A DNA stretch of 31,750 nucleotides from an uncultured bacterium. GTDB taxonomy: Bacteria > CSSED10-310 > CAZUFC01. Every line of letters begins with the position of its first letter. The first letter of the stretch is position 1. Position numbers and translations under genes: made by a program. The stretch spans positions 12,254-44,003 of the forward strand of contig CAZUFC010000036.1 in the NCBI GenBank assembly GCA_964619725.1, read 5' to 3'. Shown here piece after piece: positions 16,617-26,091 of this stretch. The notes under the pieces were generated by a model. The model was not told where the DNA came from and did not search any database. It worked only from the letters and a program-made list of their open reading frames with translations.

Positions 16617-19073
16617 TCATTCCTCACCGCCTTCAGGAACAGACGGCGAAACCGTTCTTTCCGGGATGACCGCAGGATAACCCTCTTCGACAGCAGATTC
16701 ATTTTTCGGCGCTTCGTCATCCTCCCCTTCTTCAAGATTCCGGGGAGAAGGTTCTTTATCCGGAACAGGAGTTTCCGCATCAGTAAATTCTCCCGGGATA
16801 ACCGTATGTTCGGAAGGCGGCATAATAGCGGGAACCGACGGGACATCCGTCGGCGCCGGCGTAGGCGGTTTTTTCCTTAATTTTACCGATCCGCTGAAAA
16901 CTTCTTTTTGCAGCAGGCAGACCTTCCGGTATTCACGGATAAAATCGAGAGGAGCGCTCAGAACTTTACGGGTTCTGTCGACTCTGAATAAAATCGATTC
17001 GGCTCTTTCGTCGAATTCTGCATTGAAAGTCAGATACTCCCCGTCAAACTTTTTTTCACCGGGCAGAAATTCCGTTTCATAACCCGCCGGCGGTTGAACC
17101 ACGGCATCCCAAATATCAACCGTTTTATGCGGCCATTGAAATCCATGCATTCTATCATCAGAATTCTTACAATCCCCTTCCTTGAAATATGGAAGACTCA
17201 ACTTCAAAATTCCTTCCTCAGAAAAATCAATCAAGCCCTGAACATCGTAAACGATGATGCATGTAAAACCATTCTCGCCGTTATCCGCTTCAACAATCTC
17301 GCATGTGCTGATCTCCGCATCCGGAACGAAACCTCCCATCAGCTCACACATCTCAGTTTTCAAGCGCTCCTGCCCATAACGCTTCCATTCTTCATACTCA
17401 TCGGCCCTGCTGCCCGAAAATTCAATCCGGGAACTCACATGAACGCTTCCGTCAACAGACGGAAATATATAATCCGTGGTTTTGACGGTATCCGTTTCCG
17501 CTTGACGTTCGGGCAATCTCTGAGGCCCTGGTTGCCCGTCATAGGGAGACAGCGCATCCGCGTCCTGAAACCAGTCCGCGATGCGCATACAATCAGAAAC
17601 GGTAGGTTCTACAGTTAAAAAGAGCGGTCGTTCCGTCAAATCAATTTTCACGCCGGCATTAGTAAAATAAACGATGGCTGGAACCCCGGAACTGATCCTT
17701 CCCTCATCTCGCGGCCTTGCATAATATAATTCCGAAGGAACGTCATTATCACGCAGCAATTTGAAAAGTAAAAAGCATTTGTCCAGAACATTGCCCCGGC
17801 CCGATTCCAAAATTTCCTGCGGCCGTCCCGGCACATAGCCTGACTGATTCAAAGGCACCGGCACGGTATCCACGGCCGAAGCAACATACTCATATATCTT
17901 CCAGACTCGCTCCGCTTTCGATATCTTTTTCCATTCTTTCCTGATTCCTTCATCTTTCAGCTCTATATCTTTATCCAGAAGCCCATCCATTAATCGACGG
18001 TACAGTTGACCTATCTCTTCCCATTCTTTCCGTAACGCAATCCTCAGTCGAGGCGCGCTATCGCCTAAAGGCAGCATGTCCGCTTCCACTTCCACCGGCG
18101 CAAAAGGCCCGCCTGTCCAGGCATATACCGTCTTTCCCGCTTCGCTCCTGTCAACGCTCATCGCTACACCCCTTCCCCCTTTGTCCAGGCGATACGACGT
18201 CTTCATTCCCTCTGGAACGCTTAACGATACCTCAGACCTGTTGATGATCACTTCCCTCTGAAACGTATACTCAAAAAGAAAAGGTCTTACCGTCTCGAAT
18301 GGAGCTGATTTAATTTTTATTATGATTTCCGTCAATACACCTTCGCTCAGCCTGGGAAAATCGATTAATATTTTGTGCAGCTTATTATACCGGGGATACT
18401 GAGGATACATGCCGGAATACGAAATCTGATCTCTCGGGACAAGTGAATTGCTGCCGTCTTCGTGGATGATCCTGACCTTCTCCACTTCGGCAGTTTGAAA
18501 ATTAGGAAAATAAAAAAAGACGGCATGCGAACATTCAGGAGCCGCAGGATCCAATACTTTCCTGACGATCCGCCGACGATGTACCCTGCTCGCATCCTCC
18601 TGAAACTCTATATCATGCTCCTCGAATATCAGTACATAAGGCATGCCAGGATAATTCGAGGAATCGTACCTGTTCGACCACTGAAGAAGCAATTCTTCCG
18701 AAGGATTCGTCAATCCCATGAAACTCTTGCGAAATAACTTTGCAGATACCGTTTCCGCTTGCTTCTTTTCTGCCTCTTTTTCACTTTTTTCCACAACATC
18801 AGGCAACGCTTCCTCAAACATCTCCGGTTCTTCGGTCTGAGATTCGACTTCTTCAGCCTGCGGTATGATCCTTTTTATGTTGTCGCTTTCAATATATTCC
18901 ACTCCGCCGTCTTCAAGCTCCACTATGAGTTTCCCTTCGCTGAACGCTGATATACTTCCCTTGTAACGTCGTCCGTCTTTCAGCTCGATGACGTCGACGG
19001 CCGTAACGGCTCGAATCGCAGTTATCGCCAGCAATAATAAAACGCTCCAATTCAATAATTTACATTTTTTCAA
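16617..19073 (-). CDS. exported DUF3857 / transglutaminase-like / DUF3858-type protein with Pro/acidic tail
   Basis: TTG start with GGAGG SD; signal peptide; small N-terminal beta domain (DVIELKDGRRYKG); DUF3857-like region (HRRRIVRKVLD...IDFPRLSEG); core IYEYV...PQEILESGRGNVLDK; low-complexity C-terminus. Confidence 0.75.
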   Translation of the reverse strand: MKKCKLLNWSVLLLLAITAIRAVTAVDVIELKDGRRYKGSISAFSEGKLIVELEDGGVEYIESDNIKRIIPQAEEVESQTEEPEMFEEALPDVVEKSEKEAEKKQAETVSAKLFRKSFMGLTNPSEELLLQWSNRYDSSNYPGMPYVLIFEEHDIEFQEDASRVHRRRIVRKVLDPAAPECSHAVFFYFPNFQTAEVEKVRIIHEDGSNSLVPRDQISYSGMYPQYPRYNKLHKILIDFPRLSEGVLTEIIIKIKSAPFETVRPFLFEYTFQREVIINRSEVSLSVPEGMKTSYRLDKGGRGVAMSVDRSEAGKTVYAWTGGPFAPVEVEADMLPLGDSAPRLRIALRKEWEEIGQLYRRLMDGLLDKDIELKDEGIRKEWKKISKAERVWKIYEYVASAVDTVPVPLNQSGYVPGRPQEILESGRGNVLDKCFLLFKLLRDNDVPSELYYARPRDEGRISSGVPAIVYFTNAGVKIDLTERPLFLTVEPTVSDCMRIADWFQDADALSPYDGQPGPQRLPERQAETDTVKTTDYIFPSVDGSVHVSSRIEFSGSRADEYEEWKRYGQERLKTEMCELMGGFVPDAEISTCEIVEADNGENGFTCIIVYDVQGLIDFSEEGILKLSLPYFKEGDCKNSDDRMHGFQWPHKTVDIWDAVVQPPAGYETEFLPGEKKFDGEYLTFNAEFDERAESILFRVDRTRKVLSAPLDFIREYRKVCLLQKEVFSGSVKLRKKPPTPAPTDVPSVPAIMPPSEHTVIPGEFTDAETPVPDKEPSPRNLEEGEDDEAPKNESAVEEGYPAVIPERTVSPSVPEGGEE

Positions 19074-19454
19074 ATTCTCCGCCTCCTTATCCGTTTAACT
19101 AAAAAATCGCTCCGTGATGCGAGCTATTATGCTTATAAAGAAATCCGGCCTTCAGAAATATTGTGCGGTGTTCAGCCCCCCTGAATCCCCTTGCGAGAAG
19201 AGGTATTTTTTTTATTTAAATTTAGCGTTAGATTTCCGGGTTTCGTAAAACAGTCCGCCATTTTTCCTCAAGCAGCGTCGGGAGCTCAGAACTTAAAAAT
19301 TATTGAACTGGGCTCCTGACCCATTGAATTTAGATAATTTCTTCAACAAGGCGAGTCGGCGCACAATTGCTCCTGTTCCAGTTGCCCCCTCAGTTCCTCG
19401 CTCGCCGGTTCAATGCCGTCTCTAATCATAAGGTTATGTTTTCTCTTCTGCGGA

Positions 19455-21809
19455 TCAATCAGCCAGAATGTCGAATTCGATTGAGTCCAGTTCTCCGATA
19501 AGCATCGCAGCTTCCATATCAACCATAGCGCCGTGAAAATACAGATCAGGCAAATCTTCAACCAGAGCGGGCATGCCGAAAGTTTGGAGTATAAGCAGCT
19601 CCATGGTCCCCGTGCCCAGGTCGATCTCTCTGTAGTCTATCATGCCCGTGGCGCCGTATGACGTCCAGCTTGGCCAGAAGAACAACTCTCCGTAAACATC
19701 CAGAATCACGAACAAAGGCACGTCCTCCATCGGGTCGCCCGGATTGCTTATGACGGCATTGACCCAGCAGTCGTCCCCTTCATAATAATGATTTGACGGC
19801 ATAATGAGCTGAACTCCCAATTCCAGCGTATCCTCCACCAGATTGTATCCCTTGCTCAAACTCGGATTAAAATTGTTTCTCGTATTGAATTCCTGTTCTC
19901 CCCCGGAATCGACCACCTTTTCTAATATCGTGTAAATCCTGTATTTGCCCTCCTCGGATACCTGCAACGTATTCCAGTAAACGGCTCTCTCGAAAACCGC
20001 TCCCCCGAAAGCTTCCACGGCAGGCAATTTTTCCTCATATATCAATGTCGAAGAAGAATATTGAGGATCATCCAGGATATTGTTCGGCGTTTCTTCAAAA
20101 TATACTTTCAATTTGGCTCCCGCTGCATCGCTTTCACCGAAATTCCTCACCTTGATGTTTATTTTAACTTTTTCTCCGATAAGGGCAGTCTGCGGAGGAA
20201 AAAACGCAATGTCCTCCCGGAATATGGTCAGATCGGGTTGAACGGTCCTGAATCTGCCGTTGATGCGGGCATCAGCCGAAGTGACGACGCCGGCATCCTG
20301 ATACCAGTCTCTGACGGCTCTCCAGCACTCAATTTCCGTTTCCAGGGGATTCTGAATTTCAATTGGATAGAATTCAGAAAGAGGATTATTATCCAGGATA
20401 AAATATTCAGCCCAGTTGACTCCAATTTTATACCATTCATCATCCTGCAGCTCTTCCCCGTTGATTAAAAAACTGATGAATGATTCCGATCCCGCATTGG
20501 GATCGATAATGATCTCCATCCCTGAATTATTGAAATAGTAACCCATCAGCGTCGATAAACCGAATACCGTTTTTAAATTCGTCCCCTGCACTTCACAGGA
20601 CCACAACTTCAGATTCTCGTCCGTATAGGGATCATATCCGTAAGGAAAAGACTCATAGGCGTTACTTGAATTGATGATTCCGACATCGATATTCTCGGCC
20701 ATAAAATTATCCGTGACCAGGACCGCATCAGCGTCATAACCGTTTGAATTCAATGATTCAAGAAAAATATCGGCATACAGATTTCCCATATTCGATTCAG
20801 TGTTGCGCACGAATAAATCAATATAACTCTCGCATATCGCATCATCAAACGGATAATCGTATTTCTCATTGATCGCTTCAATCTGCTCTTCAACCAAAGC
20901 CTTGACGTCCGCATCTTCTTCGACTTCCGGCAAAGTGAAGATCAACTGAGAATCATCAAGCAGCGTTTCGCCTGTATTTGAATTATAAGTCAAATCGACT
21001 CGCCCCAGGCACCGGTAAAACTCCCAGGCCTGGACTACCCAGGTAATTTCTCCCAATGGGTTCTCCACTTCTACAGCTTCTTCCAGAACAGTATGAGAAT
21101 GACCGCCTACGATCAGGTCTATTCCTGCAACGTCCGAAGCCAAATCCATATCGGAATATTCGCCGCTGCTGTTGAATCCCAGATGACTCAGACAAATTAT
21201 GATGTCGACGCCCTCCCCTTCCAGAAAAGAGACCATCTCTTCCGCTTTTTCTTCCGGGTTCGTCACTTCAACCGGTTCAAAAAACAGCGTGTAAAGAAAA
21301 GTCTCGGTAGTCAGCCCGAAAAGTCCGACCTTGAAGTCAGCGAAATTAAATATGACATATTCCTCAACCAGTGAATCCAGATTGCCGTAACCGTGAAAAT
21401 CCACATTGCTCAATAAAACAGGATAGGTCGGAGATTCAGAAGCAAGTTTGTCCTCCAGAAAGTCGGGACGATACAGGTAATCATGGTTGCCTATGACCAC
21501 CGCATCATAATCAAGATATTCTTCATTCCTTAAACGCAGTTCCAGGGACCCCGACCCTGCGATATTATGAAAAAAGGTCCTCTCGCTCCAATCTCCCGCA
21601 TCCAGCAGGAGTACGTTTTCGGAAAGCATCCGCTCCTGCTCTATCAGGGTCGCCATGCGAGCCGCCCCGCCCCAGGCCGTTCCTTCTTCAGCCGCAGCCA
21701 GTCTCGTATGAGTATCATTGGTGTGGAGAATCGTCAGGGAATAATTTTCAGCCAGCGCCGCGCCGGCCAGGCAGAATATGGTTATAAACATTACTATCGC
21801 TTGCTTCAT
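19455..21809 (-). CDS. secreted 5'-nucleotidase/UDP-sugar hydrolase family metallophosphoesterase with CARDB-like Ig domain and conserved C-terminal domain
   Basis: ILHTNDTH, LLLDAGD, GNHD, LSHLG, IVGGHSH, ESNMGNLYAD; PDL...VKINIKVRNFGESDA...EFNTRNN (CARDB-like). Start at ATG 21809 (GGAGG SD); the ORF track starts at 21842. Confidence 0.9.
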   Translation of the reverse strand: MKQAIVMFITIFCLAGAALAENYSLTILHTNDTHTRLAAAEEGTAWGGAARMATLIEQERMLSENVLLLDAGDWSERTFFHNIAGSGSLELRLRNEEYLDYDAVVIGNHDYLYRPDFLEDKLASESPTYPVLLSNVDFHGYGNLDSLVEEYVIFNFADFKVGLFGLTTETFLYTLFFEPVEVTNPEEKAEEMVSFLEGEGVDIIICLSHLGFNSSGEYSDMDLASDVAGIDLIVGGHSHTVLEEAVEVENPLGEITWVVQAWEFYRCLGRVDLTYNSNTGETLLDDSQLIFTLPEVEEDADVKALVEEQIEAINEKYDYPFDDAICESYIDLFVRNTESNMGNLYADIFLESLNSNGYDADAVLVTDNFMAENIDVGIINSSNAYESFPYGYDPYTDENLKLWSCEVQGTNLKTVFGLSTLMGYYFNNSGMEIIIDPNAGSESFISFLINGEELQDDEWYKIGVNWAEYFILDNNPLSEFYPIEIQNPLETEIECWRAVRDWYQDAGVVTSADARINGRFRTVQPDLTIFREDIAFFPPQTALIGEKVKINIKVRNFGESDAAGAKLKVYFEETPNNILDDPQYSSSTLIYEEKLPAVEAFGGAVFERAVYWNTLQVSEEGKYRIYTILEKVVDSGGEQEFNTRNNFNPSLSKGYNLVEDTLELGVQLIMPSNHYYEGDDCWVNAVISNPGDPMEDVPLFVILDVYGELFFWPSWTSYGATGMIDYREIDLGTGTMELLILQTFGMPALVEDLPDLYFHGAMVDMEAAMLIGELDSIEFDILAD

Positions 21810-22036
21810 GATTCCGTTAACCTCCTGCTGATCATTCAACAAATGGGAATGTTATCCTCTGCAGATGCTACTAAATTCAAACCGGAAAATCAACAGTTTC
21901 GGAATGCCGATGCTCCGGTTACACTTCTTTCAGTGAGGACCGGCCCAACATACAACTGAGCGCGACAGATTTGATCCGGTTTTCGGGATCGTTCCGCCCG
22001 CTGTTAGACTTTTTTCAAAACGTTTGACGGTTTGTT

Positions 22037-22064
22037 TCGGGGTCGGGGTCGGAATCGGGATCGG
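22037..22064. repeat. short imperfect hexamer tandem repeat (TCGGRR)n
   Basis: TCGGGG TCGGGG TCGGAA TCGGGA TCGG in an intergenic region. Confidence 0.6.
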
Positions 22065-22255
22065 TTTCAGGTCGCAACAAAGTAATTACGTGGAGATATG
22101 TATTGTTCTGATCATATTTTCAAAGCCTTGTTATTATTTAAGGCTGCAAAAATTGTAATCTCAAAACGAGGATACTGATCGGAGTCCTGTTCTTAGAATG
22201 GACCCAAATCCGCCACTTTATTGATTCCCGCAAAGCGAGCGTCAATAAACGTCCT

Positions 22256-24313
22256 TTAATACAGCTTATATGTTTCCTTCAGTTGAGATAAACCCGTTTT
22301 GGGTCCGACGACGATTAGAACGTCATTTCTGGTCAATACTCTGCCCGGTTTGGGAATTTCCGTCGTTGTTTCTCCTCCGTGAGGCGGACGCAATGCCACA
22401 ATGCTTACGTCAAAACGCTTCCTCAAGTCCAACTCCTCGATGCTTTTGCCTGCCAGCTCTCCTACTACCGGAACCAGTATCACTTTATAGTCCTTCGGCA
22501 CATGGACATAATCGCTGCGAGGACGCTGCTCCTCCTTTGTAATGAAACGCAGTCCCAGGGTACCCTGACGGAGTATTTCCCTATTGTAAAGCCCTATTAT
22601 GTCCTGGTGAGTTATCGTGCCCATAAAACGACCCGTATCGGGTTCTACGACAGGCATCTCTTCGACGTCGTGAATTCCGAACTTGTTCATAGCATCCATC
22701 AGTGACGCATGCGGGCTGACGGTCGGTATGGATTGACTCATCAAATCCTCTGCTTTGAGCTCACACTGAATGCCCTTTTCATGAAATATCCGCATGAATT
22801 TATGGAAGGATATGGTACCCTTATATGTGGCTTCGTCATCAACGACGTGATGATCGATTTCCCTGCTGTTGACGATCTGATTGAAAACCGTTCTGAAAGC
22901 CATTTTGAGTTTCAACGTGGGAACGTTTATGTGCATCAGTTCCTCTACCGTATACTCGGTCATGATGGTGGATTCCAGTCCGACGTTCAATTTGATCCCG
23001 CGCCTGGAAAGTTTTTCCGTATAAATCGAATCCTTCTGCAACTGCTTGGCGATAAGCGTCGATACTATGCAGGCAAACATGAGAGGCAATATGATTTTAT
23101 AGTCGCCAGTGAGTTCGAATAAAATGATCATGGCGGTAACGGGAGCGTGAGTTGCAGCAGCCGTCATAGCTCCCATTCCGACTATGGCGTAGGCGCCGCT
23201 GGTAGCGGTGACGGCGGGAAAAAGGTAATTCATTAACGAGCCGAAGGCGCCTCCTGCCACGGCCCCGATGAACAGCGAGGGGGCGAAAATGCCGCCTGAT
23301 CCGCCTGCGCCTAACGTCAGCGACGTGGCCAGTATTTTTATGGGAATGAGTAAAAGCAGCAGGGTCAATTCAATATTGCCGTGCAGCGCCATTCCTATGG
23401 TTTCATACCCTACGCCGAAGACATGAGGAAAAAAACAGATGATGATGCCGACCAGGGCTAATCCTATAGGCGTTTTAAAGTATCCTGGAATTTTTACTGC
23501 TTCGAAAATATCTTCCATTTTGTAAACGCTTTTCGAGTATAAAACCGCCAGGCCTCCGATGATTATTCCAAAGATCAGGTATAAGGGCAGCTCCCATGGA
23601 CTTCTCAGCAGGTATGTCGGCACGATGAAAGCCGGAACGTCGCCAAGATAGTGCCGGGACACCACAGTGGCCAGGACCGATGAAACGACCAGAGGACTGA
23701 AAGTGTGCAAGGCGAAGTTACCCAGGATAATTTCCACGGCGAATAAGACGCCGGCGATTGGCGCATTGAACGTTGCGGCTATGCCGGCGGCCGCTCCGCA
23801 GCCCACCAGGGTCCTTATTCTCGCATGCGACAACTTCAGCGCCTGCCCTATGCTCGATCCCGCCGCAGAACCTATCTGCACAATCGGTCCTTCACGTCCC
23901 ACAGAACCGCCTGTTCCTATCGTTATCGCTGAAACCAGCGCCTTCCCTAAAACCAGTCTGGGTCTTATCCTCCCCCCTTTTAAAGCTATAGCCTCCATTA
24001 CCTCCGGCACCCCGTGTCCCTTCGCTTCCCTCACGAAAAAATAAACCAGGGGGCCGACTAAACAGCCGCCTATAGCCGGAATTAATATTTTCCAGTACCA
24101 GGCCATACCCTTCAACGCATCTATGACTTCCTCGCCGCCGCCTATAGACAAAGATTGCACGAAATCTATCAGAAACCTGAATCCGATGGCTCCGAATCCT
24201 CCGATAATACCGATTCCGGCGGATATTAAAATCGTGTATGTGTTCTGATGCAATTTGAAATAGTCCACCAGTCCGAAAAATACTTTGTTTATCTTTGAAT
24301 ATATCGGTCTCAT
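22256..24313 (-). CDS. CLC-family chloride channel/transporter with CBS pair and C-terminal TrkA_C (RCK_C) domain
   Basis: GHGVPEV, GGSVGREGP, AATFNAPIAG, GGIFAP, FELTGDY, SIYTEKL; two CBS domains; LAGKSIEELDLRKRFDVSIVAL (TrkA_C). Start at ATG 24313 (AGGAGG SD); the ORF track starts at 24337. Confidence 0.95.
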   Translation of the reverse strand: MRPIYSKINKVFFGLVDYFKLHQNTYTILISAGIGIIGGFGAIGFRFLIDFVQSLSIGGGEEVIDALKGMAWYWKILIPAIGGCLVGPLVYFFVREAKGHGVPEVMEAIALKGGRIRPRLVLGKALVSAITIGTGGSVGREGPIVQIGSAAGSSIGQALKLSHARIRTLVGCGAAAGIAATFNAPIAGVLFAVEIILGNFALHTFSPLVVSSVLATVVSRHYLGDVPAFIVPTYLLRSPWELPLYLIFGIIIGGLAVLYSKSVYKMEDIFEAVKIPGYFKTPIGLALVGIIICFFPHVFGVGYETIGMALHGNIELTLLLLLIPIKILATSLTLGAGGSGGIFAPSLFIGAVAGGAFGSLMNYLFPAVTATSGAYAIVGMGAMTAAATHAPVTAMIILFELTGDYKIILPLMFACIVSTLIAKQLQKDSIYTEKLSRRGIKLNVGLESTIMTEYTVEELMHINVPTLKLKMAFRTVFNQIVNSREIDHHVVDDEATYKGTISFHKFMRIFHEKGIQCELKAEDLMSQSIPTVSPHASLMDAMNKFGIHDVEEMPVVEPDTGRFMGTITHQDIIGLYNREILRQGTLGLRFITKEEQRPRSDYVHVPKDYKVILVPVVGELAGKSIEELDLRKRFDVSIVALRPPHGGETTTEIPKPGRVLTRNDVLIVVGPKTGLSQLKETYKLY

Positions 24314-24351
24314 TCTCTCTTCAACCTCCTCGCCCAAAATTCACGTCAGCA

Positions 24352-24380
24352 AAGATAATCCTCGTTTTTTTGCATGTCAA
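24352..24380 (-). promoter_or_regulatory. sigma70 promoter for the CLC gene
   Basis: TTGACA-17 bp-TATCTT on the minus strand, about 40 bp before ATG 24313. Confidence 0.6.
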
Positions 24381-24387
24381 CCATCCG

Positions 24388-24535
24388 GCGCCGCTCTATA
24401 AACCCCTTTCTATGTTCAAATTTTTTAGCTGGACAGGCGCAGCGGATTCTGATCCATCACGCGGCACGTAACGATTGTTGCTTGAAGCAAGCAAATCAAA
24501 GATTTGTGAAGGAGGAGCCCCTGTCATACAGGGTC
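24388..24535 (+). repeat. degenerate family-A + family-B composite remnant
   Basis: TTCAAATTTTTTAGCTGGACAGGCGCAGCGGATTCTGATCCATCACG aligns with the A/B junction at 10821-10868; followed by stems CAAATC/GATTTG and CCCTGT/ACAGGG. Confidence 0.5.
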
Positions 24536-24776
24536 TTTGCGTAAGCGGATTATTACTTATACGTTGATTTACAAATTCTCACTTGACGCAGCAGCATCAG
24601 AGTAAAATCCCCGCCTATGAACAGAAACCAGGTAATCCCGGAAATCAGAAAATATTCCTGATTCCTGTTGATCCCCTCATTGAAATGTGGCATCATCTTG
24701 CGACGAAAATGAACTGTCCTTCTGATGACTAACCGGCGCACCGCCGACTGGTTCGACTGTTACAAAGGAGTTTACG

Positions 24777-25742
24777 TTGGAAAATAAAATGAATGCTGAT
24801 GAAAAAACGATAAATTTCGGTTTTGTCTTTCCTGGTCAGGGCTCTCAAAAAGTAGGCATGAGCAAAGAACTGTGGGAAAGCTTCGATATCTGTTCAAAAA
24901 CTTTCGAAGAAGCGGACGACACACTGGGATTCTCTCTCAGTCGTCTGTGCTTTGAGGGTCCGGAAGACAAATTGATGCTGACGGAATATACTCAACCCGC
25001 CCTCCTGACGGCCAGCATAGCGGCCTATCGCGCTCTGGATATTGTTCCCGCTGCCGCTGCCGGTCACAGCTTAGGCGAATACAGCGCCCTGACTGCAGCA
25101 GGCGTCATTTCCTTCAGCGATGCCTTGAAAATAGTGCGTTTGAGAGGACGTTACATGCAGGAAGCCGTCAATCCGGGCGCCGGCGCCATGGCCGCTTTAC
25201 TGGGCGCTGAGCAGGATGAAGTCGAAAAACGCTTGCTTGATTACAACAGTCATAACCAGGGAAGTTGCGTGGAACTGGCGAACATCAATTCGCCCAAACA
25301 ACTCGTTATTTCCGGCTATCACGATGACGTTTTTGCAATGGCCGACGAAATTAAAGCCCTCAGAACCGTTATGCTGCCCGTCAGCGCACCCTTTCACTGT
25401 TCCCTGATGAAACCCGCTGAAGAAAAACTGGCCGCCCAAATCGAAAAAATACCATTTAGCGATCCCCTATTTCCCGTATTCTCAAACGTCGATGCCCAAC
25501 CCGTAACTACCGCCGAACAAGCCCGGAAAAACCTCATACTTCAAGTTACTCGACCGGTGAAATGGAAAGATTTAATCGAAAAAATGATCCGGGAATTCAA
25601 CATTAACAAGTTGCTTGAAGTCGGTCCGGGCAATGTGCTTTCAGGACTCCAGAGACAAATCGACCGTTCTGTTCCGATAAAAGCTTTTTCCATGCCTGAT
25701 CAGTTGACGGGAATACGCCATTTTCTGGAAACATGGTCCTGA
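24777..25742 (+). CDS. fabD: malonyl-CoA:ACP transacylase
   Basis: FVFPGQGSQKVGM, TQPALL, catalytic GHSLGEYSAL, RGRYMQ, LPVSAPFHCSLM, EVGPGNVLSGL. TTG start with AAAGGAG SD (alternative ATG at 24789). Confidence 0.97.
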   Translation: MENKMNADEKTINFGFVFPGQGSQKVGMSKELWESFDICSKTFEEADDTLGFSLSRLCFEGPEDKLMLTEYTQPALLTASIAAYRALDIVPAAAAGHSLGEYSALTAAGVISFSDALKIVRLRGRYMQEAVNPGAGAMAALLGAEQDEVEKRLLDYNSHNQGSCVELANINSPKQLVISGYHDDVFAMADEIKALRTVMLPVSAPFHCSLMKPAEEKLAAQIEKIPFSDPLFPVFSNVDAQPVTTAEQARKNLILQVTRPVKWKDLIEKMIREFNINKLLEVGPGNVLSGLQRQIDRSVPIKAFSMPDQLTGIRHFLETWS

Positions 25743-25772
25743 TATAAGGGTCTCCCACCTTATGAATACGAG

Positions 25773-25850
25773 TTAGTGTATGTCCACAAACTCGAAGCCC
25801 GATTCAAAATTTAATGCTGGACAGCCACTTGGGTTTTTGATCCATAAACG
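25773..25850 (+). repeat. family-A element plus left end of family B
   Basis: 25800-25850 is identical over 51 bp to 10818-10868. Confidence 0.9.
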
Positions 25851-26091
25851 AGTTAGAATTGCGCCTGCTCCTCTTATCTTCCCTCCCGACGACGACCGGG
25901 CGAGCATAGGGTGACTTTGGACAAACGGAAATTGAGCGAATAGAGACGAAAAAACTTGTATCAGAGGCAGCATTTGGAGTAATTTGTAATGTCTGTTCTC
26001 TCCGGGAGCAGAGGAAGGAATGAATATCCGGAGAATATTTCCGTCGCTATGAATCGGAAAAAATTCAAATGTGCTTTACAGAGGAACCGAG

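Noticed and set aside
19170-19330. CCCCCCTGAATCCCCTT and TGGGCTCCTGACCCA fragments resembling other REP-like repeats
   Set aside because: Short, single-copy and too degenerate to support from this window.
22037-22064. TCGGRR hexamer run as a phase-variation tract
   Set aside because: Imperfect, only about 4.5 units, and not in a CDS or an identifiable promoter spacer.
24740-24765. GGTTCGACT resembling a tRNA T-loop
   Set aside because: No T-stem, acceptor stem or cloverleaf around it.
5943-25850. Recurring palindromes as a CRISPR array or integron attC cassette array
   Set aside because: Copies are kilobases apart, in both orientations and flank housekeeping genes; there are no regular spacers, cas genes, integrase or RYYYAAC/GTTRRRY ends.
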